A stretch of 64,000 bases of DNA from an uncultured Candidatus Poseidoniales archaeon (GTDB taxonomy: Archaea > Thermoplasmatota > Poseidoniia > Poseidoniales > Poseidoniaceae): NCBI GenBank assembly GCA_964526385.1, contig CAZGJD010000005.1, forward strand, positions 38,989 through 102,988, read 5' to 3'. Positions 63,460 to 64,000 of the stretch are shown one piece after another. A model generated the notes under the pieces. The model saw only the letters and a list, made by a program, of their open reading frames with translations, was not told where the DNA came from and did not search any database. Each line of letters starts with the position of its first letter. Within the stretch, counting starts at the first letter, position 1. A program made the position numbers and the translations under genes.

Positions 63460-63469
63460 TTAGTACACC

Positions 63470-63952
63470 TCAAGCCCTTGTTACCGCAATAATTTGCTGT
63501 GGCTGTGCTGGCCTGTCGCCTGGTAGTTTCTGGCAACCCTCGATTGTTTGAACGACATCCATTCCTTCAACAACTTCGCCAAATACCGCATGATTACCAT
63601 TTAACCAAGGTGTAGCGACGGTGGTAAGGAAGAATTGAGATCCTCCAGTGTCCCTTCCAGCATTCGCCATAGACAGGATTCCAGGTCTATCATGTTGCAT
63701 TGAAAGAGCGCTTGTTTCACAAGGAATCTTCCAACCAGGGCCTCCTGTTCCAGCCATTCTGCTCATTGGATCTTTCGAATGCGGGCATCCACCTTGTATC
63801 ATAAATTGTTCGATTACCCTGTGAAAATGAAGTCCGTTGTAAAAACCATCATCGACCAATTTCAAGAAATTGCCAGTGGTTTCTGGTGCTTCTTCTGTGA
63901 AGAGGTGAATTCGAATATTTCCAGCGCTAGTTGACATTATTACATCGGTCAT
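63470..63952 (-). CDS. Peptidyl-prolyl cis-trans isomerase, cyclophilin type
   Basis: Matching blocks are GNFLKLVDDGFYNGLHFHRVIEQFMIQGG, SMANAGRDTGGSQFFLT and HAVFGEV. Confidence 0.9.
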   Translation of the reverse strand: MTDVIMSTSAGNIRIHLFTEEAPETTGNFLKLVDDGFYNGLHFHRVIEQFMIQGGCPHSKDPMSRMAGTGGPGWKIPCETSALSMQHDRPGILSMANAGRDTGGSQFFLTTVATPWLNGNHAVFGEVVEGMDVVQTIEGCQKLPGDRPAQPQQIIAVTRA

Positions 63953-64000
63953 GGTTAGTGCTAATCAAAAGCCATTGATGACCCTTGCGATGTAACCCTC

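Noticed and set aside
1-64000. Mobile elements, prophage, CRISPR-Cas, toxin-antitoxin or other defence islands.
   Set aside because: I found no integrase, transposase, Cas, restriction-modification or phage structural signatures, and no spacer-repeat array. The NERD-domain gene (3817..4638) and the RHH domain (fused to fumC) are isolated and not in defence-like contexts.

Overview
This is a densely packed chromosomal segment of an archaeon. From gene content alone (no search was run) it is most likely a marine planktonic euryarchaeote of the Marine Group II/Poseidoniales type. I call about 65 protein genes on both strands, many joined by ATGA or TGATG stop-start overlaps. There are two tRNAs: Asp-GUC with an encoded CCA, and Arg-CCU. 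Archaeal information-processing markers include TFB, topoisomerase VI B+A, an RFC small-subunit homologue, RpoP, RNase HI, diphthine synthase, Trm5, a Pcc1-like protein, HflX, exonuclease III, archaeal phosphopantothenate synthetase and the split GMP synthase subunit A. Metabolic genes include a eukaryote-type (type II) glutamine synthetase, class II fumarase, an aconitase-family protein with permuted domain order, an IPMDH-family dehydrogenase, NadC, GcvH, a Cys/Met PLP enzyme, geranylgeranyl reductase and a PlsC-like acyltransferase. Envelope and secreted functions include a 1671-aa vWA/beta-propeller/CARDB-like surface protein, lipobox-bearing peptidases (S15, M24), a sugar-nucleotide/GtrA operon and two sulfotransferases. 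I found no transposase, integrase, CRISPR array or recognisable defence gene. The most unusual feature is a roughly 0.85 kb locus at 58166-59001 that lacks any credible ORF and is dense with hairpins capped by UNCG or GNRA tetraloops on the plus strand. I interpret it as a large structured non-coding RNA, possibly two tandem domains, and I cannot assign it to a known family. Other points worth a second look are listed in the findings: a ribbon-helix-helix domain fused to the fumarase, a (PPSG)n-repeat protein with a degenerate aldolase/adducin-like domain, tandem TerB-like paralogues where the second lacks a canonical start, and several eukaryote-like modules (GSII, SemiSWEET, EF-hand, LDLa-like, SULT-like).
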